Shown: in pieces, positions 1 through 12,497 of the stretch
Layout of the letters: every line of letters begins with the position of its first letter
Numbering within the stretch: position 1 is the stretch's first letter
Assembly: GCA_003427395.1 (NCBI GenBank)
Contig: BFEA01000015.1
Coordinates: 6,283,528-6,347,527 of the forward strand
From: Chara braunii
Lineage: Eukaryota; Plantae; Charophyceae
Direction: 5' to 3'
Length of the DNA: 64,000 nucleotides
Position numbers and translations under genes: made by a program
Notes under the pieces: generated by a model
What the model was told of the DNA's origin: nothing
The model's database searches: none
What the model saw: only the letters and a program-made list of their open reading frames with translations

Positions 1-304
1 AATGTACATTGTCAACTTTTGATTTGCTCATTCTGACGATCCAAGTGGCGTGCGACGAGGTGCGGGTCTGAAGACTTTACTCTTCTCACATACACACACA
101 CATACACACGTAGTGATCGATGTACAGTTCCACGATCTGGTGGTAGATTCATCCTATTGATGTTAGTGGTGGGAGGCGATCCGTAGGTCGTAGGCTTAGC
201 TGATTTCCTCTCTCGTTGATGGAAGTGATCGACAGCTGAAGTGAGATCGTCGCTCACTCGCGCATGCTCATGTATTCCTATACTAGCATATACATATATG
301 TAAC

Positions 305-441
305 AGTAGTAGTAGTAGTAGTACTAGTAGTAGTAGTAGTAGCGGTAGTAGTAGTAGTAGCGGTAGTAGTAGTAGTAGTAGTAATAGTAGTAGTAGTAGT
401 AGTAGTAATAGTAGTAGTAATAGTAGTAATAGTAGTAGTAA
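305..441 (+). repeat. (GTA)n microsatellite
   Basis: Direct GTA/GTAATA repeats; these explain the poly-V and poly-Y ORFs. Confidence 0.95.
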
Positions 442-1076
442 TACCCAACATTGTAAGACTTACTTATCTTCCCTTTACTTCTCTTCTTCATCGTCGCCGT
501 AATCGTTGTTGTCGTCGTCAACGCCACTATAGATGGTCTGCCGCTCCACAGGTGAGTGCTCCGGCATTTTGCTTCCTTTCTTCTTCACTTCTCTCCTCCT
601 TCTCTTCCTCCTTCTTTCTTCTTTCTTCTTTCTCCTTCCTCTCCTTCTCGCTCCTCCCTTCTCGCAGCCGTACTCAAGCTTCGCGCTATCCTCCCGGCTG
701 TCTCGCCTGTACTGTCGATCGCATAGGTAAGTCCTGTGCGTCTGGTCGTGCCTTCCTCCTTCGCTCATCAACTCTTGCCCGCTAGCCTGCTCCTCCCTCT
801 TTTCTCGCCTCACTCCCCGCTCTTTCTTCTTCTTCTTCTTCTTTTCTCATCTCCTCTCTTCTGCGTACTTCCTTCCCACTTCGCGGCACTAACTCCATCG
901 AGTTTCTACGACGGTGAGTCGAGATGCTATGGTAGGACTACCGAGATCTCGACTGTGACTGGCCTATCAGCCTTGGCTTCAAATGAATCCATCCTCAATA
1001 GCAGGCCGGATTCGTTCGAGTACAGTCCTGAATCTAGTTCATAAAAAACGGAAAGAAAAGAAAAGAAAAGAAAAAA

Positions 1077-1212
1077 NNNNNNNNNNNNNNNNNNNNNNNN
1101 NNNNNNNNNNNNNNNNNNNNNNNNNNNNNNNNNNNNNNNNNNNNNNNNNNNNNNNNNNNNNNNNNNNNNNNNNNNNNNNNNNNNNNNNNNNNNNNNNNNN
1201 NNNNNNNNNNNN
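1077..1212. other. Assembly gap (N run)
   Basis: Run of N flanked by A-rich tracts. Confidence 1.
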
Positions 1213-1289
1213 AAAAAAAATAAAAAGAAAGAAAAAGAAAATTAAATCTAACTTCCGACTTCCCTGTTGGGACAACTGTCGGATTCGGT

Positions 1290-1650
1290 CTAGGCCTAAC
1301 TAACCTTCTTTACACAGAGGTCACGGGTTCGAATCCCGCCTATCTGAGAGCGGGTGAAAAAAGCAGGCCCTGCCCCTCGCTGCTAGCAAAAGGAGCTAGC
1401 CCGGAGGCAGGTCAAATTCGATCCCTAGGTCCTTTGCTTATCAATCTGCGCCTATACCTACTAGGCTAGCTCCTAGTTCAGTTCTACTAGGAGCTAATCT
1501 GCCCTAAGTAGAGTACAGGGTCAGTTCGATCAGTACTTAAGGCCTGCAGCCTTCCATAGGAAAAACTCAGGCCACCGTTTGGCCACTGCGGCCTGCTACA
1601 ACAGGCTAGGCCCCTCTTGCCTAGTCGTCCCAGCCACATGGCCGGGGTTT
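1290..1650 (+). mobile_element. tRNA-derived SINE-like element
   Basis: B-box-like GAGGTCACGGGTTCGAATCCC at ~1317-1337. Body blocks (CAAAAGGAGCTAGCC, CTAGGCTAGCTCCTA) recur in reverse orientation at ~49350-49435. Confidence 0.4.
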
Positions 1651-2010
1651 TACTAATTTTTACCTATATTCTATCCCGCGGGGAGTGGTTTCCCGCCCCG
1701 TTTTTTTCGATATGCTCGACGTCTGCGGACTTGAGCTGAAACAGTCGTACTTCCTCAGTCGTCAACCAACTGAGAAAAACCGTCGTTGCGTCTGCGCGAC
1801 TCTTTTCCGTTTTGACTAACCTTCAGACCTTGTGGTCTTGTGGTCGGAGGCATTATTTACTAATCATTTTGCAGTCTCTGCGCGTGCCGGAATGGCGCGC
1901 ACGGTCATTTCACTTACTAACCTCTGTCGTCTTTGCATGCTCTTCGAGCATTCGAAATTTTCGACCCCTGACTCTTGTCCGCGTGTGTCGTGTTGTGGCC
2001 TTTGCGGTTT

Positions 2011-3934
2011 CTAACTTTCATGACCATAATGGTCGAGGGGCTTACCCCTGTTTCTGTTTTTAGCCGTCTCTGTTCTAACAGTTGGTGTCGGCATTGTGTC
2101 GACTGCAAAATCATGAGCGGATACCCATTTAAGGGTATCAACTCCGACACCGTGCAGGGGTGAGCCGAATATAAACGTTTTCAAACCTTCGGGCTTGTCA
2201 TCGTCGTCCCTATCGAATGACGATATATATGACATATTCACGAAATTGTGCGTGCTAGCGAGAGTGATGCCGATAACATTTCTTAGGGTGCATATTTTAT
2301 CCGCTACTTCCTCCACCGACTTTTTCACATTAAACATTGAATTGTCGCTTTCCTCCTCACACCACATTGCTTTGCATCTTTCCTCTATTAATCTCCCTCC
2401 CTTGCTAGTGCATGGTACACAATTTACTCGACATAAATCGGCATAGTTTAAGAAAATCCTCACTGAGCAATAAGATATGCGATGAGCGGTTGTCCCCGCT
2501 TCGTTATGCAGGGGATAAGTTGTGATTCTATTGCACAATCTTCCACACCATTGCAGCTCGTGTCGAAATCGCATCGGCCATGTGCGAGGTGATGTTCTTA
2601 CGAACTTGGATGAGATTGCTCCGTCCTCTTCGCAACACTCGTTGCTCGATTCTTAGCTTGCATTAGATACAAGTGGGTCATAAGTATCTAGGTGGTCGTA
2701 CATCCAGTGAATCTCCGCGTAGTTTGGTGTATACGCTGTCTGGAGAGAGGCAGGACATATTTCGATGAGTCGTCCCCATTCCATCTCGTTAGCGAATCTG
2801 AAGTCGTGCGCCCATGGACATTCTATCATTGCAATGTCCCAATCGCTCTCGCTCTAGTTCCCGACTTTTCCTCGCCATGGCAGCACGCTCAACCATGGAT
2901 TGACTTGAAGTGCCTCGACAATCCTCAATTTCGTGTTCTCGTTCAATCGTCGCTTACGGCTGTTGTCGCCGGTATCCAGCCAGCCACTTGAACGACCACT
3001 TGAAGCGGCTTCTGTGCACAACACATACACTGCTGTAAGCATGTTTGCGATGAACGTAGGAAATGTGTCATGCTACTTCATCCTCGTCCAATTTCTCGTG
3101 ATATCCTAGCAATCGCAACCTGTTTTTCACGCCTCCCGCCGTGTTGTCCGTCATCTTTTGTGGCATGTGTCGGTGTGTCCCGTTCATGCGTCGGAACAAG
3201 TGTTTGACATCGACATTCGTTTTGGTTTTGGTCTTCTTCAAGTATACGGTGGTTTCATCGTCGTTCAATGTGTGCAGCACCTTCACAGCAATTGTTCCGA
3301 CGATGGAAGTCCTTCACCGTACGAACTGTATCATCGCATCTCGAATGACACTACAGAAACGACGGGCGTGCCTGGACAGGGCATTCTCCATGTCGTACAC
3401 AGAGCAGTCCATGTCATGCATTTCATCGTGCCTTGTCTTGCGGCGCTCAATACACGTACAACAAAACGTCATCCTATGACGTGCTTCAAACGCAATGCAG
3501 AGTATTTTCCCATGATTGCATGTTGTATAGTGGTCATATATCGAACCACATCCGTAAAAAATTTTGTTCCACCGCGGTGCACTGAGTTTTCAAAAGTGGC
3601 CTTCCGGATGACATGTCTTGGCCATCCTCGAGATCTTGCGTTGCAATTGCGGAGACCACAGGTCAAATGTGGGACAAAAAGTTGTCTCGTCGCTGGTGCG
3701 GAAACCAACTGCAATCATCTGCCACGTGTATCGATGTGGAATAAATTTGTCATAGCGTATGGGTGTTCCCCACGCGTTCGCAATGTCGCTTATAATGTGG
3801 TCCTCGTCCATACTTCGAAAAATCCCGCCGCAACAAACTACACTACCGAGATGTCTGCCGACAGTAAAGGCAAACGGTACATGCCAGCAGACAGCAAGCG
3901 AACGTGTACACTCGTTGACGACATGCCACATCAT
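2011..3934 (-). pseudogene. Fragmented ORFs of unknown function, possibly a second gene of the adjacent transposon
   Basis: A series of protein-like minus-strand ORF pieces (2011-2574, 2854-3042, 3068-3286, 3469-3934) broken by stops and frameshifts; no motif recognised. Confidence 0.25.
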
Positions 3935-4029
3935 TCGCTAACTCTTTTAAACGAGAGATATCGGCACACACAAATATTTCCACGACAACCATATATCGGC
4001 ACACCCACTTTTCACACAGATGATGACTA

Positions 4030-4460
4030 CAAGCCCTCGTCTTCTTGTCCCGACAGGTACACGAAAGACGAAGATGATTCCGCAGCGGGATTCTGCATGT
4101 TAGAACAAACGACCGTGTCGACAGCGGCGAGGGATTGCTGTGCCTTGATGGCATCACTCTTTCTGATTCTCATCCCGGTCGTTGACGGCGTTTGTTGCTT
4201 GCCCATGCCCAAGGAACGCTTTTCAGGTCTTGCCATCCAATTCTTGGTCTGCATATAGCTCACTCACACAACGCTCGCGACCAGAAGGCCTCCAATACTG
4301 AACAAGGACGCGACCTTCGTCCTTTTTCTGGACACGCCCCACCCAGAACGTGCAGCCCTGTGCAACGTGGTCGTCTGGAGGTCTGAGCACGACAAAACAG
4401 TCGACGTCGACTTCATGCATCTGCATACATCTCGCGAGCACCACGCTCGCGGCCACAATG
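4030..4460 (-). repeat. Diverged duplicate of the transposase 3' end (copy of ~4865-5280)
   Basis: GCCCTCGTCTTCTTGTCCCGA at ~4033 and ~4867. Both copies encode GCTFWVGRV and AQQSLAAVDT-like peptides. Confidence 0.85.
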
Positions 4461-4461
4461 C

Positions 4462-4841
4462 GAGGGGTACGGCATCTCCAAAATCAGGCGAGGGGGTATG
4501 GCGTCTCGAGAATCAGCCGAGGGGTACGGCATTCCCGAAACGCCATACCCCGGCCCCGTAGGCGAACAGGGCCTAGGGGTGAGGCTTTTCAATAACGTCG
4601 TACCTCCCGCTCCCTCCCCTTTCCGATAACCGAAGGGGGTACGGCGTTTTGAAAATACCGTACCTGTTCTGGCCCTGTATGTGTGCCGAGAGGGTACGGC
4701 GTGTCGAAAACGCCGCACGCCTCGGGTTGCCGGGAGGTGAACGGAGGGCGAGGTGAGCGAACGGGGTATGGTGTTTCCAAAACGCCGTACCCACGTTTGA
4801 TCAAGATGATGCCGATCAGCGTTTCGAAACCGCCGTACCCA
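4462..4841. repeat. Array of ~8 degenerate ~30-bp palindromes (GGGTACGGCG-TTTCGAAA-CGCCGTACCC) with variable spacers
   Basis: Copies at ~4463, 4490, 4519, 4576, 4635, 4690, 4763 and 4818. Confidence 0.8.
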
Positions 4842-4863
4842 CTTTTGATAAAGATGAAGACAA

Positions 4864-6091
4864 TCAGCCCTCGTCTTCTTGTCCCGATAGGTACATGGAA
4901 GACGAAGATGCTTCAGCAGCGCGAGTCATCATGTCAGAACAAACGAGTGTGTCGACAGCGGCGAGTGATTGTTGTGCCTTCATGGCATCGGTCTTTCGGA
5001 TTCTCATCCCAGTTGCCGAGCGTTTGTTGCTTGCCCATGCCCAAGCAACGCTTTTCAGGTCCTGCCATCCGGGCTCAGACTCTGTCTCCACCCTCCAATT
5101 CTTGTTCCATGCGTCTGCGTACAACTTGCGAACACTACACTCGCGGCCACAAGGCCTCCAATACTGAACAAGGACGCGGCCTTCCTCCTTCTTCTAGACT
5201 CGCCCCACCCAGAACGTGCACCCCTGCGTGACGTGGTCGTCCGTAGGCTTGAGCACGACGAAATAGTCGATGTCGACCGCCACGCACGGGTCGAATTCAG
5301 GTTTAGGAGCATCTTTCTTGTGACCCACGAAGCACGGTTTTCTTGCCGGTGCTGCGAGCTTGTGAGCAGCCACGGGTTCGGATCCAGGTTTGTCAGCCCT
5401 CGGGTTCGGCCAGAATGCCGTCGAAAGAGGAACTGTCCCCGTCTTTTCGGCTTCAATGCAATCAAACTCGCGCAGGCGATCTTTCCAGTATTGTAATTTG
5501 TTCGTTTTCAGTTCTTTATCCTCTAAAGATTGGGTTTCCCATTCGTGAATCTTATCTTCCCAAAAATTCTTCAGCACTCGTAGCCCCGCCTTGCCGCTAA
5601 CGAAGTCGCCACAGTTTGGATTGGGCGACTCACGGCAAGGCTGGAACCCCTATTCCGGCCCTGCCCAATTGTTGTCCTTGTTCCTCTTGAACCAGTACAC
5701 ATGCCTTGTCTTAGGCTCCCACCTTTTTTTGTTGTAGTACTCTTTGTACACCATCGCAGGGTTTTCCCCATCCATGTAAAATCGGAAAAAGTGTGGAGTA
5801 GAGTGACCGGATACCTTTGGATCAAGGTAAGGGGATACAACAGTTTTCCAGTCTACCATCTTCGTGACATGTGTGCAATCTACTGGCTCCTCACACGAAC
5901 GCTGTAGAATGGAGAACAGTTCATCCATGGTGTAAGCATCACAACCGCTGAGTTTCCTGGCGAACAAACTGATTTTTGCGTCGATGTCGGTGTGGGTGTG
6001 ACCGACAATCATGAATCCCATGAGGACCTCCTCGAAAATACGGAACTTGACTAACAGCGCAAGGAAAGCAAACACATATCTATTCTTGTTC
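4864..6091 (-). pseudogene. Sola/DUF7869-type DDE transposase remnant, 5'-truncated at the L1 junction
   Basis: NKNRYVFAFLALLV...FMIVGHTHTDIDAKIS matches the (DNC..E)NKN...GHTH.DID..F pattern. It continues through frameshifted ORFs 5650-6075, 5571-5840, 5194-5577 and 4864-5124. Confidence 0.6.
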
Positions 6092-6092
6092 T

Positions 6093-9000
6093 AGTCTTAC
6101 TGTGGAATACTATGAGAAGTTTTGGGCTGAATTGAAGGATCCCCTGTTGGAGTTTTATAACAAGGTGCTAACAGGGGGATAACTGACATCTAGTATGTGT
6201 CACGGGGTTATCACCCTGCTGTTCAAGAAAGGGCGAAGGGATGAAGTAAGGAATTGGCGGTCAATCTCTAGATTGAATGTCTCTTATAAGATACTGGCGA
6301 AAACTCTTGCTAAACGGTTGGCACGGTACTTACCGGACCTGATCTCAAAAGATCAGGCCGCCTTTGTTCGGGGAAGATTCATTTCTGATAACATTGCAAC
6401 GGTTGTGGAGGCGTTAGAGATAATCGAGAAAGAGAACAAGCCGCTGGCGGTACTGTTACTAGACCTGGAGAAGGCTTATGACAGAGTCAACTGGGCCTTC
6501 ACTCTTACGACGCTTCGCCATATGGGGTTTGGTGATTGTTTTTGTCGGTGGATTCTAGCAATGTACACACATTCCACGGCCACAGTAATGGTGAATGGGT
6601 TCTTGTCCGAGCCCTTTGCGTTGACGAGGGCATTAAGACAGGGCTGCCCCTTAGCCCCGTTAATTTTTGTAGTACAGCTGGAAGTTATTCTGTGTAACAT
6701 TAGATGTCGTCCGGAAATTGTGGGGTTGGCAACATCCCGCACTGAGTGTAAGGTAAAAGCATTGGCTGATGACCTCTTCGCCATCTGTGAAAACTCTGAT
6801 ACAGCATTGAACGCCCTCAAAGAACTGTTGGATGAGTAGTCGACCTTCTCAGAAGCGGCTGTGAATTGGAAGAAATCGGTTTTCTTCCTACCACAGTCCA
6901 TGTCAATAGCAGCAGACTGGGGTATGAAGAGGATAGAGAAAGGTGAGGCGGAGAGATTCTTAGGAGTAATGGTGGCCTTGGACAATTGTCAAAACGTGCA
7001 AGAGGATATTATGCAGAACAAGGTAGTGTCCAGAATAACCTCCTGAGGTTCAGCACCACACCTTTCACTCTTCGATAGAGCGTTAGTTGTTAATACTTCA
7101 CTGTTCTCCCTGCTGTGGTATGTAGGGACCATTCGGAGGCCGCGCCCCTCTTTGATTGCTTTCATCCGCAGAGTTGCAGCCCGGTTTATTTGGAAGTCAA
7201 AGGCGGGCAAGGAGGAGGGTCATATGTCCAAAGTTGCATGGGATGCTATCACATGCCCCAGGGATGAGGGGGGTTTGGGATTGGTGGATCCGGAAAGCAG
7301 GAACTGCCTGCTGCTGTCCAAATGGGTGGCCAAAGCGATTAACAGTGAATATGATGATCACTGGATACTTCTGGCGGAACAAATCCTCGCATCGGAATGA
7401 AACTTGAAAAGACCCAGAGATGCTTGGACATGCCTGCAGCTGGATTCCTTTTTAAACCGTAGAGTGCAGTCGAAGTTCTGGGCGGATATCATCTATGCAT
7501 GGAAGAGGGTCAAACCGAATCAATGGGTAGACCCCGTAACTAAGGAAGAGGTACAGAACCAACCGCTATTTGATAACCCCAGAATAAAATACCAGGATGG
7601 ACGCAGCTTCAGGGCCAACAAAGAAACGGGCAGTTTCGGGGACAGCTGGATTCAGAGAGGTGTGTTGAGAATTGGGGATCTGTGGGATGAAGGAACAGGG
7701 TACTGGAAGACCACAGCCCAGATTAGAGAGGAGTTGGAAGGCCTGCATCAAGTGGAAGGAAAGTTGAAGATCTTAATCAAAGTTGTTCCAACAGATTGGA
7801 AGGCCATCCTTCGACCAGATATGGTGAACCCTCCTGGCACATGCTATGTAACAGAGGGCCTCCACGAAGAATCCACGGAGGTGTATTGGAAACTGACTGG
7901 ATATGAGCCAGAAGGCAAAAGACAGTGGCAAGCTTGGAAGAGAGTACAGCATCAGTGTCATCCACTGTTAAGCCTCGATGAGGATTTAGAGGACCCGTGG
8001 ATAGGAGCCAAGCTTGTTCAGGTTCGAGTGGAGGAGCACTGGGAATCTGAGACCAGGCCTGTAGTAACGCTCAGTGTAAATGGCCAGCCTGTAATAAGTC
8101 GTAGGCTAGATCCTGCGGCATGGGCCTGGAGAGGCCTTGGGAGTGGCGGTTCCTCTCTTCCTCTGGGTAATTTTGAGCCCTCAGTCAGAATTTTCATCTC
8201 AAAGAAGCTGGCAGTAGCTGTGGTAACGCAACGATGGGGCTCTATTTTGGACTTGGAAGGAGTGGATATTGTTAACGGGATGCCCAGATTATGGAAGCAA
8301 CTCCTATGCATTCCTTCTCAGAGATGGGCAGCTTTACTCTGGATGTTATCTTGGCTGGTAACCCCATCTGCAGTGTGGTTGGCGAGTAAAGGAATGAGGA
8401 TAAGCCTTTCATGCAGAAGGTGTACCTGGCCGTTCGAATCAACAGCCCACCTGTGGTGGGAATGCCCAGCCTCGATGAGGATCTGGGCCTGGTGGTCAGA
8501 GCATTGGGCCTCCTTCTCCTCACAACGATGGGAGTGGGATATGAAATGGGGACTGTTGGGTCTTCCCCCGGACAATCTGCCCTTGGATCACGGTGCTGGA
8601 TATGTTGCCCAAGTCTGCCGCTCAGTCATCATCTCAGTTATCTGGGAACACAGAAATCGCTCCTGCTTTGAGAAGAGAGGTATGTCAGATATGGAAACAA
8701 AAGCACTTATTAAACACAGGCTGAGCTACCAAATTCAGGTGGATTGGAATCGCACAGGTAGCAAGGGTCAAGGTAGCGGTTTCGAACACTTTATGAACAC
8801 ATGGTGCACAGGCAAGGAAAGATTGGCTTCGGTGGACGAAGAGGGGAAATTGAAATTATGTTCCTGGTTAGCCTAGTTAATTGGTAATCTGTAGGTTAGT
8901 CGACGAGTGTTAGTTCAGCTCTCATGTATGTATGTATGGTTGTGGTCTAATGCTTATAGATTGCTTGGGGTTGGTTTTCTGACTTTTGTTAAATCAGAAT

Positions 9001-9457
9001 AATAAAGATTCATAGGGGCTTGCATGAATGTTGGCGGTTCAGCCCCTTTTCTCTACCAGGGCACTCGGTTGTAATAGCCACAGGAGGCTGGCAGATAAAT
9101 TAAGGCAAGAGCTTTAGCTGTTTTGGGGTTTGGTGGTTGGAGTGTCACAGGGGGCGGTGGCCCAGCAGTCCGTTTTAGGCCTGCAATTAGTTGGGAGAGT
9201 ATGTGTAGGAAGAGCAGAGGCCTCCATTGAAGTCTAAGATGTTACTAGGTCACTATCTAGCAGACTTAGTGTTTAGCGGGACTCAGGTTTGGTGAACTGA
9301 AGCTGGATTCTGTCCGGTGCCTTGGTTACTACCGGGTTGTTTGTTGAGGATTCCCGGCCTCAGAGCTTATATTTGCTTTGAATAAAGGGTTCTCCACTTT
9401 TTCCCGAAAAAAATATATATATATTTTGTCCCAAACAAAAAAAAAAAAAAGAAAAAG
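6093..9457 (+). mobile_element. 5'-truncated L1-clade LINE (RT + C-terminal zf-RVT), inactivated
   Basis: RT motifs NWRSISRLN, DLEKAYDRV, LRQGCPLAP and ALADD; PRDEGGLG; CCHC motif CRRC...HLWWEC. In-frame stops at ~6837, 7044 and 7398. AATAAA at ~9381, with A-tracts at ~9407-9457. Confidence 0.9.
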
Positions 9458-9904
9458 AGAGGGGAATTCTCCATGATAGCCTAAGGGTGGTGTGCGTCCC
9501 ATAAATTAGTTGCTGACTGTAAATAGGTACCCGTCATGGGTCCAGAAACCGACCTCCATAACGCCCTGAGGGAGGGAGGGGGGGGGGAGGGCGGGGGGGG
9601 GAGGGGGAGGAGTACCTTCCGTCTTTTCAGCAGCATGGTACAGGTTCGCTGCTTTCAGATGCGCGGCTACTGGTACGGGTTCGCTGCTTTCAGATGCGCA
9701 GCTACTGGCGCTTGAAGCGCCAGTACCACAAACGTTAGCACTTCCTTCCATTAGCAGTGCCGCGCCCTACGCACCCGGTGCCCGAACCGCAATTGCAAAC
9801 TAAATCTTGGCCCATAGTGCAATTATAACTTATTTTTGTGAGTCCCGAGTAGTTTCCCCTTCTTTGATTTTTTTTTATTTTTTTTTTAACAGCCCGAGCT
9901 AATG

Positions 9905-10002
9905 CTAGGGGTGCTGGTAAGAGCAGACACCACTATCACCATCGGGGAGGCTCCATCTACTGGTGGGGAGCAACACCTGCTGGAAAGCGGGTCCTGCGTC
10001 CC
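9905..10002 (-). repeat. Dispersed ~100-bp hairpin-rich repeat (GGGACGCTGGACCC...GATGGAGC family)
   Basis: Related copies at ~14839-14935 (+), ~15646-15745 (+), ~34464-34490 (+, partial), and ~15930-16000 and ~16160-16210 (-, partial). Confidence 0.7.
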
Positions 10003-10763
10003 TGAACATTGAAATCGTTTGTTTGATCCTAGCTGCTGATGACAGTGGGAAATAATGTGCACCTATACATGTCATTCCAAGTCTGTAGCGGTTCTCATAA
10101 CTATCCCCCTCTGCCTTGTTTCCCTTTCGCCCCCCTGTATGTACTATCCCTTATGCAACTGTAGTCTGCAGTTGTTTATCTGTAAGCCTCTACAGTCCTT
10201 GTTGTTTCTTGGGGCTGCGGTCATTATTGTCTCATCTCGGGGCTCCGTTGTCCCATGGAGCTGCTAGTGACACCCTGCCCTTTNTGGAGCACCCCTTATC
10301 TAATCGCCCAGCCCTATTTCAGCAGCCCCCCTGTTTGATTTTTGCTGTGTCTGTCCCTGTTAAACCCATTTACAACTGTCATTATATTGGTGCAAGTTGA
10401 AAGTGTGCCCGGGAACACAGATGTATGTTTTCATGTCCGATTGTGTAGTTGTTTGTTATGGTGACTGATTACAACGGCTCATCGGCCAATCAGTCTTTGT
10501 CCGTGCCAGCATCGGGTGGTCCCCTGTTGGGCTCCCATGTCACTTCGCCTTTCTCTGTCGGCTCTTCCGATTGAGGCTTCGGCAGGTTCTGCTCCCACCC
10601 ATTGTAGCATATGATGCCGCTGCAGGACAGTGTCCACTCCTGGCCAGGTCTTAACTGTAGCTGCGGAATCGGCTGAGAATCGGGGGTGGGAGCAGAGCAA
10701 GGGGGACGGGGTGCTAGGGGAGGGCATTCTTCCATAAGGGGGGGATCGGGCGCGGGACGTGGG

Positions 10764-10801
10764 CTGTCTCTTATACACATCTAGATGTGTATAAGAGACA
10801 G
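10764..10801. other. Nextera mate-pair junction adapter (assembly artefact)
   Basis: Exact CTGTCTCTTATACACATCT-AGATGTGTATAAGAGACAG, i.e. two inverted Tn5 mosaic ends. Confidence 0.98.
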
Positions 10802-11199
10802 GTGTTAGGCTTGTCAATTGGGGGCGGGCCAAGTCTGCGGGGGGAAGAGGGGTCACCAGCGGGGTACCTTCTGGCAGCGGGGGGGGTGTTTGAGGGGTCG
10901 GCAGTTGGTGGGGGGGGGGGGACAGTGGGGATAGGGGGGTAAGTGGAGGGGGTTCGTGTGGGAGAGGTGGATGTGGGGGCGGTTGGGGACTCAGGGGCGT
11001 GATTGGAGGGGGGGGGTGTGGCAGTTGTGGGTTTGTGTTTTGTGTATTGTTTGTATTGCGCTGTTGGGATTCCATTGGGTCGTGGTTGCACTGGCTGAAG
11101 AAGGGGGGGCCCATCACGGGCTGGTCTGGTGGATGTCGGTTGAACGAGGGTGGCGTCTTCCACTGCCAGTCTCGTTCGTCGGTCCACCATGGCTTCCAC

Positions 11200-11790
11200 T
11201 GCATGTTGTGATCCCCCTGCAGAGACCCGATTTTTTGGTCCGGCTCAAGCCAAGATTGTTTGAAGCATTCATGAGCTGCACAATTTTTATCGGGTCAGTG
11301 GTTGTTTTAAGTGTGTCGTTGAGGCGAGACCACGCTTTTTGCACGTTTGAGCGGATTGTTTCAATAATATGTTGTTTGGCTTGGAGGTACCCGAAGCTGG
11401 TCTCCTGTCTTTCATGGGAGCATCGCGCCCGCCATATAGTCATAAGTACTTCCAGTCTTGTGTAGCTGAAGAGGGTCGACTGGAAGGTAGTCCATGTGGT
11501 TTGGGTCGACGATGGTTGATCCAGCAACAGCACAGCCGGGTCCCATGGGAGATCAACTCCTGTGAGGCTCTTCCACGCTGCTGCCCACCATCGCCAGATC
11601 TGTTTTGCCATAGGGCAATCTAGAAGGCACTGCTCCAGGTCTGCAATGTGCTTCTGGGAGGATACTCCACAATAAGTGCACAACGGCGATAGTACACCTC
11701 TCTCTTCAAGACGGGACCTGGAAACTAGCTAGTCTGGCGTTGGCAGGCAGCGGTAAATTATCTGCCATCGTAGTGCTCTGTATTACCTAA
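11200..11790 (-). mobile_element. L1-clade LINE 3' fragment (zf-RVT region)
   Basis: CTYC...DLEQCLLDCPMAKQIWRWW...LMTIWRARC resembles the C-terminal zinc-knuckle regions of the other two L1 copies. Confidence 0.7.
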
Positions 11791-11945
11791 GTTCAGAGCT
11801 TGCTGGACCTTGACGAATGGAGTAAATCATTCTGAATTACCTAGGGCCAGTCAGATCAAAGAAGATATGTTCTTGTGTCAGTTTCACCTCTACTCCTAAG
11901 CCTAGAAAGGGGACCCCTGCAAGCATAGCTACCTGTCATAATCAA

Positions 11946-12130
11946 GGGGATGCATGTTGACCTCCGCCCTAATTAGCCGTGGTCAGGGAATAGGGTGGGG
12001 CTGCCGGCAAGGGGGGCGGCTAATGCAAAGACTGGCCATTTTGCTGGTAGTGCACCTCCCATCTACTTCCCCCAACCCCATCGAATAGAAGCAGTGTCCA
12101 CGGCCAGCACTCACACATCATCCACCCCTT
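11946..12130 (+). repeat. Dispersed repeat, paralogous to ~61831-62010
   Basis: Shared blocks GGGGATGCATGTTG, CGGCTAATGCAAAGACTG and GCAGTGTCCA.GGCCA.CACTC. Confidence 0.8.
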
Positions 12131-12497
12131 TCTTTCTTTTCTTTTCAGCTCGTCCACCCTAATAATAGGCTACTCCAGAAGAACAAAAGGGGGGCCGGTC
12201 CGACCGTAGCGCTGCGTTAGGGCTTGCCTTCGCACTTGTCTTCGCGCAGTACGGTGTTGCCATATGCCTGCCTGGTAGCGTCCTCGCGCCATGGGGAGAG
12301 ATGGTTAATGGACGACCAAAATTCGGGGTTTAACCGCGAGTGGGGAGACTACACTACAGTTGATCTTTTTCGTCGCGGTTTTCACCGCGGTAAAATGAGC
12401 GTTTTCATGGAACAAGATGCCGAGGGCAGCCATAGCTATGTAGTACTATAAGTGATATAGTGCTTTGCGATGCAGCGTGAACGTGTGTGTAAGAGGT

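Noticed and set aside
264-1044. Poly-V/Y and Leu/Ser-rich ORFs
   Set aside because: They are products of the microsatellite and CT-rich low-complexity DNA. The region may be LTR-derived, but no boundaries could be defined.
4462-4841. Bona fide CRISPR array
   Set aside because: The repeats are degenerate, the spacing is irregular, there are no cas genes and the context is eukaryotic.
10035-10055. Hammerhead-like CTGATGA...GAAA (similar partial motifs at ~13470, 34915, 47212)
   Set aside because: No stems I-III or GAAAC/GUH geometry could be built.
10764-10801. Natural Tn5/IS50 ends, suggesting horizontal transfer
   Set aside because: The sequence is the engineered mosaic-end junction adapter.
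10479-11204. 241-aa proline-rich ORF
   Set aside because: It spans the Nextera adapter and G-rich low-complexity sequence, so it is chimeric.
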